DNA of 43,582 nt from Gemmatimonadales bacterium (GCA_035765075.1 DASTYH010000036.1:1-43582), one strand, 5' to 3'. Shown: positions 24,779-33,367, counted from the first letter of the stretch. The notes: generated by a model not told the origin, from the sequence alone. Numbers and translations: made by a program.

Positions 24779-25296
24779 CGGCCTGCCTTGAGCCGACGCG
24801 CAATCTCCGCCGCGGCGTCCCGATGCGCGGCGAACGCGGGGGCCACCTTCAGCTCGAGCGCCTTGAGCTCTTCATTTCGCGTAGCGGGAAGGAGCGTGGA
24901 GGTCACGGCGTCGATCACGGCCTGATGGAATGCCACTTCGTGCGCGAGGAATGCCTGATCGAACTCGGCGGCGGGGGTGGCCCGGAGCGAGGCCATCGCC
25001 CTGGCGTGCGCCACTCGACTCGAGGAGTCGGCGGGGGGTGTCGGCCTGACGCCGAGACGCGCGGCGAGGTCGCGGCCCATCTGGCGTACCGCCTTGTGAT
25101 CGCGCGCGAGCATCGCGCCGAAGTCGCGCACTTCCTGGCTCTGGCCCCGCTTGATCGCGAGCTCGCCGGTCTCGATGTCGGCAGCGTTGGCCGCGTCGAA
25201 GATGGCCACAATGGTGGGATCGTCGAGCTGGGCGGCGGCCGGTGCGGCCGTGGCCAGTGCCGCCAGGGTGCCCAGCGCGAGGAGTGACTTCAGCAT
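24775..25296 (-). CDS. secreted DUF4142-family protein
   Basis: Signal peptide MLKSLLALGTLAALATAAPAAAQ. Duplicated helical pattern with DH (FGAMLARDHKAV, AFAAHRDAA). GGAG RBS. Confidence 0.8.
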   Translation of the reverse strand: MLKSLLALGTLAALATAAPAAAQLDDPTIVAIFDAANAADIETGELAIKRGQSQEVRDFGAMLARDHKAVRQMGRDLAARLGVRPTPPADSSSRVAHARAMASLRATPAAEFDQAFLAHEVAFHQAVIDAVTSTLLPATRNEELKALELKVAPAFAAHRDAAAEIARRLKAGR

Positions 25297-25342
25297 GAAC
25301 GTCTCCAGTTGAGGTGTGCCCCCAACCTGGCACGAGTCGGCG

Positions 25343-25370
25343 AATAAGTCAAGAGTTTCTTTGACTTATT
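25343..25370. promoter_or_regulatory. perfect 10-bp inverted repeat AATAAGTCAA-N8-TTGACTTATT (probable operator) in a divergent promoter region
   Basis: Read directly at 25343-25352 and 25361-25370. AT-rich island between the DUF4142 operon (minus) and the HTH regulator (plus). Confidence 0.6.
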
Positions 25371-25418
25371 GTAGAAACCTGGTCCGGACAATAGATTGAA
25401 GACAACAGGGAGCACGCC

Positions 25419-26060
25419 ATGAAGCTGCGAACAGGCGAAGCACGATTCCTCGAAACCACACGGGGGCAACTGATTACGCTCCTTCGGCGCGGGCCGCGCG
25501 CGGTGGACGCCCTCGCCGCGGAGCTCGGCCTCACTCCCAACGCCGTTCGCGCCCATCTGGTCAGTCTCGAGCGGGATGGCCTCGTGCGCCAGGGGGGATC
25601 CCGACGCGGGTCTGGGGCGGGCAAGCCGGCCACCCTCTACGAGCTCCATCCCGAGGCCGAGGCGCTCCTCTCTCGTGCCTATGCGCCGGTCCTTCGCGCC
25701 CTGCTGGAAGAGCTGGTCGAAAGTCTCCCCACCGCCGAGGTCGAGGCGCTCCTGGACCGACTCGGGAGCCGGCTTGCCGCGGACATGGCGCCCCCGCCCT
25801 CCGCCGATCATCCGGCGCGCGTCGAGGCGGCCGCCGAGGTCCTCCGCTCCCTCGGGGGGCTGGTGGAGGTCGATCGGAGCGGCGCTCTTCCGGTGCTCCG
25901 CGGTTTCGGCTGCCCCCTGTCGGTCGCGGTCGAGCGCCGGCCCGAGGCATGCCGCGCGGTGCGGGCACTCCTGAGTGAAGTCACCGCCGCCGAGGTCCGG
26001 CTCTGCTGCGAGTACGGTGACCGGCCGCGCTGCTGCTTCGAAGTCCCTCCTGCCGCCTGA
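25419..26060 (+). CDS. winged-helix (ArsR-like) transcriptional regulator with Cys-rich C-terminal domain
   Basis: N-terminal HTH RGQLITLLRRGPRAVDALAAELGLTPNAVRAHLVSLERDGLV. The C-terminus has GFGCPLS...EACRAV...RLCCEYGDRPRCCFE. GGGAG RBS. Confidence 0.8.
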   Translation: MKLRTGEARFLETTRGQLITLLRRGPRAVDALAAELGLTPNAVRAHLVSLERDGLVRQGGSRRGSGAGKPATLYELHPEAEALLSRAYAPVLRALLEELVESLPTAEVEALLDRLGSRLAADMAPPPSADHPARVEAAAEVLRSLGGLVEVDRSGALPVLRGFGCPLSVAVERRPEACRAVRALLSEVTAAEVRLCCEYGDRPRCCFEVPPAA

Positions 26061-26070
26061 GGGCCCTCGA

Positions 26071-26952
26071 ATGCTCACCCGAAGAGACGTGATCCTCGCG
26101 GGCGCGGCGATCCTCCCGTTCCACCGGCTCGTCGCAGCCGGGTGGTCGCGCGGCTCCTTCGATCCCGATCGCGAGCGACTCGTCGAATGGGTGCGCCGGC
26201 TCCGGCGGGAAGTCCGAATCGACGTTCCTGCCCGCGCCATCCGTGCCGCGGAGCTGGCCCTCGGATCGCCGTACGAAGCCTTCACCCTCGAGGCGTACCT
26301 GCGCGAGGGTGGATCCCCCGCCCGGGAACCGCTCACCCTTTCGCTGAGCCGCTTCGACTGTGTCTCCCTCGTCGAATCGGCGCTTGCCGTGGCGCGAGTG
26401 GCGGCCGGAGGGGAAGCCTCGTGGGACCGGTTCGGGCGGGAAGTCGAGCGGATGCGCTATCGTGGCGGAAAGCGGAGTGGCTACACCTCGCGGCTGCACT
26501 ACTTCAGCGAGTGGATCAGCGACGGCGCTGCTCGCGGCCTCCTCACCGATCGGGGCGAGGAGCTGGGGGCGGAGGCGGACACCCGGCCACTGCGGTTCAT
26601 GACCGCGCACCGGGCAAGCTACCCCGCGCTCGCCGACGACGGCATCTTCGCCGGGATCGCGGCGATGGAACGGGGCCTCGATAGCCGGCCCCGCCGCGTG
26701 GTGCCGCGCGAGCGAGTGGCCGAGGTGACGGACCGGATCGAATCCGGGGACGTCCTGGCCTTCGCGACTTCGATCGAAGGCCTCGACGTCTCCCACGCCG
26801 CTCTTGCCTTTCGGGACCGGACCGGCGTCCTGCGAGTGCTGCATGCGCCGCTCTCGGGAGGCGTCGTCGAGATCACCCGCAGCTCCCTTCCCGAGTACGT
26901 CTCCGCCATCCGGCGCTGCACGGGGATCATGGTGGCTCGGCCGCTGAGCTGA
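26071..26952 (+). CDS. DUF1460 (N-acetylmuramoyl-L-alanine amidase-like) protein with Tat-like signal
   Basis: Track ORF 25975..26952 trimmed to ATG 26071 (MLTRRDVILAGAAILPF). SRFDCVSLVESALAVAR and RLHYFSEWI resemble DUF1460. Confidence 0.78.
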   Translation: MLTRRDVILAGAAILPFHRLVAAGWSRGSFDPDRERLVEWVRRLRREVRIDVPARAIRAAELALGSPYEAFTLEAYLREGGSPAREPLTLSLSRFDCVSLVESALAVARVAAGGEASWDRFGREVERMRYRGGKRSGYTSRLHYFSEWISDGAARGLLTDRGEELGAEADTRPLRFMTAHRASYPALADDGIFAGIAAMERGLDSRPRRVVPRERVAEVTDRIESGDVLAFATSIEGLDVSHAALAFRDRTGVLRVLHAPLSGGVVEITRSSLPEYVSAIRRCTGIMVARPLS

Positions 26953-26990
26953 GCGTCCTCGCGCAGCGTTCCCCGGCGCCAGGAAGGGTC

Positions 26991-27030
26991 TTGCGCCGCG
27001 ATAACGATTGCATATACATCATTCTGCAAT
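26991..27030 (+). promoter_or_regulatory. putative promoter TTGCGC-N16-TATACA with inverted repeat ATTGCA-N12-TGCAAT overlapping the MarR start codon
   Basis: Read directly (26991-26996, 27013-27018, IR 27007-27012 / 27025-27030). No SD precedes ATG 27029, so a leaderless or near-leaderless transcript is possible. Confidence 0.4.
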
Positions 27031-27508
27031 GTCCACCCACGCCGCGGCCGCACAGATCATCGCCGCAGACTGCCTGAGCTTCCGGGCCCGCCGGGTCTCC
27101 CGCGCGATCACCCGCATGTACGACGACGCCCTCCGGCCGCTCGGCATCAAGGCCACCCAGCTCACGCTCGTCACCGCCATCGCGATGTGCGGCGAGGGGG
27201 GAGCGGGGATGAGCCGGCTCGCCGACGTGCTCGCGATGGACCTCACCACCCTTTCGCGCAACCTCCGCCCCCTCGAGCGCGCCGGCTACATCCGCCTCGC
27301 CCCGGGGGAGGGCGACCGCCGCCTTCGCGTCGCGTTTCTCGCCGCCGATGGTCGTCGGCTCCTGGAGGACGCTCTGCCGAGGTGGCGCTATGCGCACGCG
27401 CGGGTCGTGGCCACCCTCGGCGAGGAGGCGGCTGCCGAGCTCCGCGACCGCTTCGATGCCGTCGCCGCCGCGGCCGCCCGAGCGGCGCTTCCCGCCCGCT
27501 CCGCCTGA
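27029..27508 (+). CDS. MarR family transcriptional regulator
   Basis: LGIKATQLTLVTAI...MSRLADVLAMDLTTLSRNLRPLERAGYIRL wHTH. The track start 27008 is a TTG; I prefer ATG 27029. Confidence 0.88.
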   Translation: MSTHAAAAQIIAADCLSFRARRVSRAITRMYDDALRPLGIKATQLTLVTAIAMCGEGGAGMSRLADVLAMDLTTLSRNLRPLERAGYIRLAPGEGDRRLRVAFLAADGRRLLEDALPRWRYAHARVVATLGEEAAAELRDRFDAVAAAAARAALPARSA

Positions 27509-27548
27509 GCCACATCCTGAACTCCCTTCCCACCGAGGAGGCCGACCG

Positions 27549-27911
27549 ATGCGTTACGTCGACGGATTCGTCATTCCGATTTCGAAGCGGAAACTCGCCG
27601 GCTATGCCCGCATGGCCCGCCAGGCCGGCCGGATCTGGAAGGAGCACGGCGCACTGGAGTACATCGAGGCTGCGGGGGATGATCTCGCTCCCGCGGAAGT
27701 CTCCGCCACCTTCCCGAAACTGGCGCGGACGAAGCCGGGGGAGACCGTCATCTTTTCCTTCATCGTCTACCGGTCCCGCGCGCACCGGGACCGGGTGAAT
27801 GCCAAGGTCATGCAGGATCCGCGCATTGCGAAGATGATGGCGGGAAAGGCGATGCCGTTCGATATGAAGCGGATGTCCTACGGCGGCTTCCGCGTACTGG
27901 TGGACCTCTGA
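27549..27911 (+). CDS. DUF1428 family protein
   Basis: Track ORF 27348..27911 trimmed to ATG 27549, which follows a [33 protein letters not shown]...[11 protein letters not shown] is typical DUF1428. Confidence 0.85.
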   Translation: MRYVDGFVIPISKRKLAGYARMARQAGRIWKEHGALEYIEAAGDDLAPAEVSATFPKLARTKPGETVIFSFIVYRSRAHRDRVNAKVMQDPRIAKMMAGKAMPFDMKRMSYGGFRVLVDL

Positions 27912-27936
27912 CTCAACTCGACAGGGAGACGGGACG

Positions 27937-29052
27937 ATGAGCGGTGTACGGGTGCTGGTCGGCACGCGGAAAGGCGCGTTCGTGCTGACGGCGGACGGGA
28001 AGCGGAAGCAGTGGAAGGTGAGCGGTCCGCATTTCGCCGGCTGGGAGATCTACCATGTCAAGGGATCGCCGGTGAATCCCGACCGGATCTACGCGTCGCA
28101 GTCGAGCGGCTGGTTCGGTCAGCAGATCCAGCGTTCGGACGACGGCGGAGAAACCTGGGAGCCCGTGGGAAACGAGTTCGCCTACGACGGAGTACCCGGC
28201 ACGCACCAGTGGTACGACGGCACGCCGCACCCGTGGGAGTTCAAGCGGGTCTGGCATCTCGAGCCCTCGCTTACCGATCCCGATACCGTCCATGCCGGAA
28301 TCGAGGATGCGGCGCTCTTCCGCTCCGGCGACGGCGGGAAATCCTGGCAGGAAGTGTCCGGGCTCCGGAAGCACGGTTCGGGACCGCACTGGCAGCCGGG
28401 CGCCGGCGGAATGTGCCTGCACACGATCATCCAGGATCCCTCGAACCCGCAGCGAATGTTCATCGCCATCTCCGCGGCGGGGACCTTCCGCACCGATGAC
28501 GGCGGGCTCACCTGGAAACCGGTCAACAAGGGCCTGTTCTCCCAGTTCATGCCCGACCCCACCGCGGAGGTCGGCCACTGCGTGCACCGGATCGCGCTGC
28601 ACCCGTCGCGACCTGGCGTGCTCTTCATGCAGAAGCACTGGGACGTCATGCGGAGCGACGACGGGGGCGACTCCTGGCACGAGGTGAGCGGCAACCTCCC
28701 CACCGACTTCGGATTTCCCATCGACGTGCATGCGCACGAACCGGAGACGATCTACGTCGTCCCCATCAAGAGCGATTCGGAGCATTACCCGCCGGACGGC
28801 AAGCTCCGCGTCTATCGGAGCCGGACGGGCGGCAATGAATGGGAGGCGCTGACGAAGGGGCTTCCCCAGAAGGACTGCTACGTGAACGTCCTCCGCGATG
28901 CGATGGCGGTGGATTCGCTCGACCGGTGCGGGATCTACTTCGGGACGACCGGCGGCCAGGTGTACGCCTCGCCGGATGCCGGGGACTCCTGGGAGCCCAT
29001 CGTGCGCGACCTCCCTCCGGTCCTCTCGGTCGAGGTCCAGACGCTGCAATGA
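27937..29052 (+). CDS. BNR/Asp-box repeat beta-propeller protein (sialidase-fold, no signal peptide)
   Basis: Repeated Asp-box-like motifs: [54 protein letters not shown]. Confidence 0.88.
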   Translation: MSGVRVLVGTRKGAFVLTADGKRKQWKVSGPHFAGWEIYHVKGSPVNPDRIYASQSSGWFGQQIQRSDDGGETWEPVGNEFAYDGVPGTHQWYDGTPHPWEFKRVWHLEPSLTDPDTVHAGIEDAALFRSGDGGKSWQEVSGLRKHGSGPHWQPGAGGMCLHTIIQDPSNPQRMFIAISAAGTFRTDDGGLTWKPVNKGLFSQFMPDPTAEVGHCVHRIALHPSRPGVLFMQKHWDVMRSDDGGDSWHEVSGNLPTDFGFPIDVHAHEPETIYVVPIKSDSEHYPPDGKLRVYRSRTGGNEWEALTKGLPQKDCYVNVLRDAMAVDSLDRCGIYFGTTGGQVYASPDAGDSWEPIVRDLPPVLSVEVQTLQ

Positions 29053-29345
29053 TCCGCGTGGCGCTTCCCGCGCATCTCCGGACGCTCGCGCGGGTGGAGG
29101 ACGAAGTGGAGCTCGAGGTGCCGGGGCCGGTCACGCCGGGTGCCATTCTCGATGCGCTGGAAGCGAAGTACCCGGTGCTCCGCGGCGCCATCCGCGATCA
29201 CGGCACGCGGCGGCGCCGCGCCTTCATCCGCTTCTTCGCCTGCGGTGAGGACCTGTCGCACGGCGCAGCCGATGCCCCGCTCCCCGACGCCGTAGCGCGG
29301 GGAGCGGAGCCGTTCATGGTGGTGGGAGCGGTGGCAGGCGGCTAG
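29049..29345 (+). CDS. MoaD/ThiS-family ubiquitin-like beta-grasp protein ending in Gly-Gly
   Basis: In-frame part of track ORF 28839..29345. ATG 29049 overlaps the propeller gene TGA (ATGA). 98 aa. Sequence [14 protein letters not shown]...[14 protein letters not shown]...[10 protein letters not shown] then stop. Confidence 0.82.
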   Translation: MIRVALPAHLRTLARVEDEVELEVPGPVTPGAILDALEAKYPVLRGAIRDHGTRRRRAFIRFFACGEDLSHGAADAPLPDAVARGAEPFMVVGAVAGG

Positions 29346-31432
29346 GAGATCCGGACGATCTTCGCCACGGACGGGACACCGTTCGCATCGATGAGGAAGA
29401 GCATGTAGTCCCCCGGCGGCGCCTGCGTCGGACCGGACGGCGCCGCGACGGAGACGGTCCCGGGGCCCGTGACCGACGTGGTGAGGCGGTTCATCCGCTG
29501 GTTCATGTTGTTCGAGTGAGTCACCGAGGCGAGGCGGATCCACGTGGCCCGGACGATGCTCGATGCCTGCGGCGTCTGCACGGTAAAGGCCTGGCCGTAG
29601 GACACGCTGGTCGGGGCATCGGTGATCGTCGGGCGTGCCGCGAGCGTACCGTCTCCCTTGAAGAGGTACGGGGGAGAATAGATCTCCGCCGTCAGGTCGT
29701 TGACGTGACCGCTCGCCGGCGGCTCGCCGCTTCCCACCGAGAGGACCCGCCCGTCGGGAAGGAGGAGCGCCGTCGAGTGGTAGAGCCGATGGTGCGACAT
29801 GCGGCCGAGCGACGTCCACTGCTCGGTGGCCGGATTCCACTGCTCGGCATCGAGCACGCGGCTGTCGGTGGGCGACGAGTTGAAGCCCGGAGCGTTGCTC
29901 CCGCCGGTCGCGAGCACGGTGCCGTCCGCGAGCAGCGTGAGATTCAGCTGTCGGCGCGGAACGGCCATCGAGCCGACGTAGCGCCAGCCGCCTCCGGCGT
30001 TCAGGTCGATCACCTCGGCGGTCGCGGTGGGCGCGCCGCCGCCGGCGAGCAGGATCTTCCCGCCGTCGTACATGACCGCCGAGCCGTAGTCCCGCAGCCC
30101 GAAATTGCTCGCCGGCCCACCGGCCCAGCTTCCGGTCCCGGCGGTATTCAGGTAGACCGTGCTCCGCTCCGGACCGGCGAGGAAGGCCCGACCGTCGGGC
30201 GCGACGAAAGTCATCGGATAGTACGGGACCCACCGGGATGCCGACGAGAGCGCGCGCCAGGTCCCGTTCTGCCACACCTCCGGAATCAGGTTGTACTTCC
30301 CCGCCGTATCCCCACCCGAGATCGTCAGGACCTCGCCGCTCGCGAGCGTCGTGTTGGTCGGATACCAGCGACCGTTCTGCATGTCCTGCGAGCGGGTCCA
30401 GCTGCTGGTGGTGGCGTCAAAGAGGTAGGTGGTCTTCGTCCCGAAATTGTCGGTCCCGCTGTGCCCGCCGGCGATGAGGAGGCGGCCGTCGGCAAGGAGG
30501 CTGTGCCCGCTGCAGAAGAAGTCCGCGGGGAGCGGGAGGCTCTGGAAGGATCCGGGACTCGCAGGATCCCAGAGGACGGGCTGCCGGATCATCCGGCCGA
30601 AGGTCAGGACCTTGCCGTTCGGCAGGAGGCTCGCGTGGATCGCCACCGCCGGCCACGCGATCGGCGACGCCCATGCCCCCTTCACCGCCGCATCGGCCGT
30701 CGTCTCGAAGGCCACGACCACGAGCTGTTGCTGGCTCATCGTCACCGAGCAGCTGCCGCTCGTCGTGCCAATGCCGGTGGCTCCCAGGTCGCACCCCGCG
30801 CCCGACCACGCCTTGATGTAGCTCCCGGCCGCCGCCGTCGCAGTCAGCAGGACCGAGGAATTGGTGGTGAAATGCGCGCTGCACCCGGAGCCGGTGGTGC
30901 CGCCGCTGATGGTGCAGCTGATCCCGGTCGGGCTCGATACGACCGTTCCGCTGCCGTTCGACCCCCCCTGCACGGAGAGCCCGAAGCTGTTGGGCGGCGG
31001 CCCGAACGCAGCGGTGATCTGCCGGTTCGTGTTCATCGTGACCTGGCAGGTGAGGGGACTGTCGGTCACTTCGGCATCGCAGCCGGTCCAGGCGACGGTG
31101 CCACCGGGCACGGGAGCGGCCGTGATGAGGACGACGGTGCCGGTATTGAGGTCCTTCGAGCACGACCCCTTGGCCGAGACCTGGCCCGCGGCATAGGTGA
31201 TCGTGCACTTGAGGCCGCTGCGGTCCGAGGTGAGCACGCCGTTGGCGGTGCTCCCGGTGCCGCCCAGCGTCAGTCTGAACTTGCCGCGCCCGCCTGGCCC
31301 CTGGGCGGCATCGATGGATTCGGCATCGGAGGGTCCGGTGGATTGATCGCTGCAGGCATGAAGCAGGACGGTGCCGGCGGAGAAGAGGACGGCAATGCCG
31401 ACGAACATCCGTCCGGACGGAGCACGAGCCAT
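29342..31432 (-). CDS. galactose oxidase / glyoxal oxidase-like radical copper oxidase with N-terminal signal or lipoprotein peptide and two InlB-B-repeat-like domains
   Basis: Kelch propeller plus DUF1929-type C-terminus. Candidate active-site contexts are [15 protein letters not shown] (Cys of the Cys-Tyr cofactor), [15 protein letters not shown] (Tyr/His ligands) and [11 protein letters not shown] (His ligand). The N-terminus is [19 protein letters not shown], followed by two Cys-containing repeats of about 90 aa. Confidence 0.88.
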   Translation of the reverse strand: MARAPSGRMFVGIAVLFSAGTVLLHACSDQSTGPSDAESIDAAQGPGGRGKFRLTLGGTGSTANGVLTSDRSGLKCTITYAAGQVSAKGSCSKDLNTGTVVLITAAPVPGGTVAWTGCDAEVTDSPLTCQVTMNTNRQITAAFGPPPNSFGLSVQGGSNGSGTVVSSPTGISCTISGGTTGSGCSAHFTTNSSVLLTATAAAGSYIKAWSGAGCDLGATGIGTTSGSCSVTMSQQQLVVVAFETTADAAVKGAWASPIAWPAVAIHASLLPNGKVLTFGRMIRQPVLWDPASPGSFQSLPLPADFFCSGHSLLADGRLLIAGGHSGTDNFGTKTTYLFDATTSSWTRSQDMQNGRWYPTNTTLASGEVLTISGGDTAGKYNLIPEVWQNGTWRALSSASRWVPYYPMTFVAPDGRAFLAGPERSTVYLNTAGTGSWAGGPASNFGLRDYGSAVMYDGGKILLAGGGAPTATAEVIDLNAGGGWRYVGSMAVPRRQLNLTLLADGTVLATGGSNAPGFNSSPTDSRVLDAEQWNPATEQWTSLGRMSHHRLYHSTALLLPDGRVLSVGSGEPPASGHVNDLTAEIYSPPYLFKGDGTLAARPTITDAPTSVSYGQAFTVQTPQASSIVRATWIRLASVTHSNNMNQRMNRLTTSVTGPGTVSVAAPSGPTQAPPGDYMLFLIDANGVPSVAKIVRIS

Positions 31433-31566
31433 GAACCCTCACCATTGACGGGGGCAGACGGGGGAGTGGGTCGTTCCCTGGGCATTCTGTGCTGAGGAGA
31501 TGTCACTTCAAGGTGGGACAGTGTACGACGCTTGGCAAGAGGAATTCGCATCAGGTCATGCGCAAT

Positions 31567-31600
31567 GGTGGCCGCGGGTCGGTGGTGGCCGCGGGTCGGT
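31567..31600. repeat. 17-nt tandem duplication GGTGGCCGCGGGTCGGT x2
   Basis: Exact copies at 31567-31583 and 31584-31600, immediately followed by ggttggtggtcgctgg (31601-31616). Confidence 0.85.
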
Positions 31601-31640
31601 GGTTGGTGGTCGCTGGCACCACGCAACCCCAACCCGCGCC

Positions 31641-31703
31641 CACCAACCAGCGACCAGCAACCACCAACCAGCGACCAGCGACCAGCAACCAGCAACCAGC
31701 GAC
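31641..31703. repeat. 9-unit heptanucleotide tandem array (CACCAAC CAGCGAC CAGCAAC CACCAAC CAGCGAC CAGCGAC CAGCAAC CAGCAAC CAGCGAC)
   Basis: Read directly. Intergenic, between the small lipoprotein gene stop (31717) and the copper oxidase start (31432). The left flank 31584-31616 carries reverse-complement-type units (GTCGGTG GTTGGTG GTCGCTG). Confidence 0.9.
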
Positions 31704-31716
31704 CCAGCTGCCACCC

Positions 31717-31965
31717 TCACCGCTCGATGCTCACCGGCACGCTGAGGTTGATGAGCGCTGCCGGAACGGGCGGGAGGACCGGTCTTGCCGGGAGTGGCGC
31801 GGATCCCTGGAAGATCAGCGGCACCTCGATCGTGCCGAGGCTGGCGGCCACCGGCGGAAGCTCAGGCTTCTCCGGTACGGGCGCCGGCGAGGTCGCTCCG
31901 GGGGCGGGAGCACACCCAGCGCCGAACAGTCCCGCGAGGAGCAGGGTCAGGGAGACGGTTTTCAT
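31717..31965 (-). CDS. small Pro-rich lipoprotein
   Basis: Track ORF 31717..31992 trimmed to ATG 31965. MKTVSLTLLLAGLFGAGC lipobox. GGGAG RBS. Confidence 0.6.
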   Translation of the reverse strand: MKTVSLTLLLAGLFGAGCAPAPGATSPAPVPEKPELPPVAASLGTIEVPLIFQGSAPLPARPVLPPVPAALINLSVPVSIER

Positions 31966-32118
31966 GGAGAACTCCCGTGGGAGATGATGCATCCTTGCCT
32001 CCCGTGCATGAAGGGAATGTGAAGGGGCGCTGAAGTCTCCGATCAGTCCGGTCCGGGCACCCGGAAACCGACCGGCGGAGGGACGCGTACGGGCCTCGAC
32101 TCCTCGCGAGGTTCTCCG

Positions 32119-32553
32119 ATGCGACGCCTGCTCCCCGTCCTCCTTTCCGCGCTTGCCCTGCCTGGCCCGCTCGGTGCCCAGGCAGCCTCCCGCGAGCTCG
32201 CCCGCCAGGTCTTCGTGGCCGAAAGCAGCTTCGCCGCCACGATGGCCCGGCGCGACCTCGTCGCCTTCGGCGAGTTCGTCTCGACCGAGGCGGTCTTCTT
32301 CGGCCGGAGCGCGCTCCGCGGGAGAGAGGCCGTGATCGAGTCATGGCGGGAGTACTTCGAGGGGCCGGCCGCCCCCTTCTCCTGGCGCCCGGAAACGGTG
32401 GAAGTCCTTCCATCCGGAACGCTGGCCCTCACCTCCGGTCCGGTGTTCGCTCCCGACGGGACGCTCACCAATACCTTTACCTCGGTCTGGCGGCTGGAGC
32501 CGGACGGGAAATGGCGCGTGATCTTCGACAAGGGATGCCCAGTTGAAAAGTGA
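32119..32553 (+). CDS. secreted SnoaL-like / DUF4440 (NTF2-fold) protein
   Basis: Signal peptide MRRLLPVLLSALALPGPLGAQA. FVSTEAVFFG...GREAV...W......W.P..V.V..SG.LA.T.G is the typical DUF4440 order. Confidence 0.75.
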   Translation: MRRLLPVLLSALALPGPLGAQAASRELARQVFVAESSFAATMARRDLVAFGEFVSTEAVFFGRSALRGREAVIESWREYFEGPAAPFSWRPETVEVLPSGTLALTSGPVFAPDGTLTNTFTSVWRLEPDGKWRVIFDKGCPVEK

Positions 32554-32566
32554 AGTTGCCGGCGGG

Positions 32567-32599
32567 ACGGCCCGGTCACCGACCGGGCCGTTTCGTCTT
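32567..32599 (+). terminator. intrinsic terminator after the SnoaL-like gene
   Basis: 11-bp perfect stem acggcccggtc / gaccgggccgt with a 3-nt loop, followed by TTTCGTCTT. Confidence 0.7.
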
Positions 32600-32743
32600 C
32601 CGGGAGGGCGAGGGCCCTGACGGGAGATTCACCGCACCTTCAGCCTTCCTTAAGGTGTGCGAGCCCAACTTGCTGCGTCAGGAGGCCACGCCGGCCAGTG
32701 GGCGAGCCGGTGGTGCCGCCAGGACCGAGATGAAGGAGGCGAT

Positions 32744-33301
32744 ATGACACCCCGCGATCCTGTCGTGGAGCTCCTCGATGCGGAGTTTCGCGAATCGGAG
32801 GCACGGCTCGACATCCTTGAGGCGGAGGCGAACGCCAGAAAAGCCCGGGAGGAGGTGCGCGAAATCGCCGCGCTGCACGCCACGAAGGCAAAGGCTGAGC
32901 GGATGCTCCTCGAGCTCAGGGAGCGGACCTCCGACAGCGTCGACGCGATCCGGCACGAGGTCGAGACGCTCCTGCACGAGCTCGAGCGCGGCATCGAGCG
33001 GGTGGGCAACCGCTTTGCCGCGTGGGATGCGGCGCGCGAACGGCGCTTCATCGCGAGCCTCGACTCGGCTGAAGCGAAGCTCAGGCTCTGGAGCGCGCAG
33101 GACCGGGAGCGCGCGGCGACGAGCGGGGTCTCGGCGCCCGACCTGATCACCCACCTGCAGGAGGGAATTGCGATCGGGCGGGCACGGCTCGCGGAGTGGC
33201 AGCACGAGCGTCACGACCGGAACGCGCAGGAGGCGCTCGAGGACGCGGCCCGGTATTTCGACGAGGCCTACGACGCCGCGGCGAGCCGGTACGACAATTG
33301 A
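32744..33301 (+). CDS. coiled-coil protein of unknown function
   Basis: Track ORF 32657..33301 trimmed to ATG 32744, which follows a GAAGGAGG RBS. Highly charged heptad-like sequence (EAEANARKAREEVREIAALHATKAKAERMLLELRE). Confidence 0.65.
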   Translation: MTPRDPVVELLDAEFRESEARLDILEAEANARKAREEVREIAALHATKAKAERMLLELRERTSDSVDAIRHEVETLLHELERGIERVGNRFAAWDAARERRFIASLDSAEAKLRLWSAQDRERAATSGVSAPDLITHLQEGIAIGRARLAEWQHERHDRNAQEALEDAARYFDEAYDAAASRYDN

Positions 33302-33367
33302 CGTCGCGGCGCGGCCGGTGACCCTGCCTCGCCGGCGAACGACCGCGGGTTCCAAGGGAGGTGCCCG

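Noticed and set aside
27913-31495. Antisense ORFs 27913..29049 (-), 28935..30275 (-), 29516..31495 (+) and 30417..31445 (-).
   Set aside because: They overlap the BNR propeller and the copper oxidase genes in other frames or on the other strand, and have shadow composition.
31270-31695. ORF encoding repeated WSLVGG / plus-strand ORFs encoding PATSNQ-type peptide repeats.
   Set aside because: The peptide periodicity is simply the translation of the 7-nt DNA repeat, which shifts frame every unit. There is no start context and no coding support. I treat it as a DNA- or RNA-level repeat.
31567-31703. Possibility that the tandem repeats are a CRISPR array.
   Set aside because: The units are 7 nt (and one 17-nt duplication) with no unique spacers, and no cas genes are in the window.
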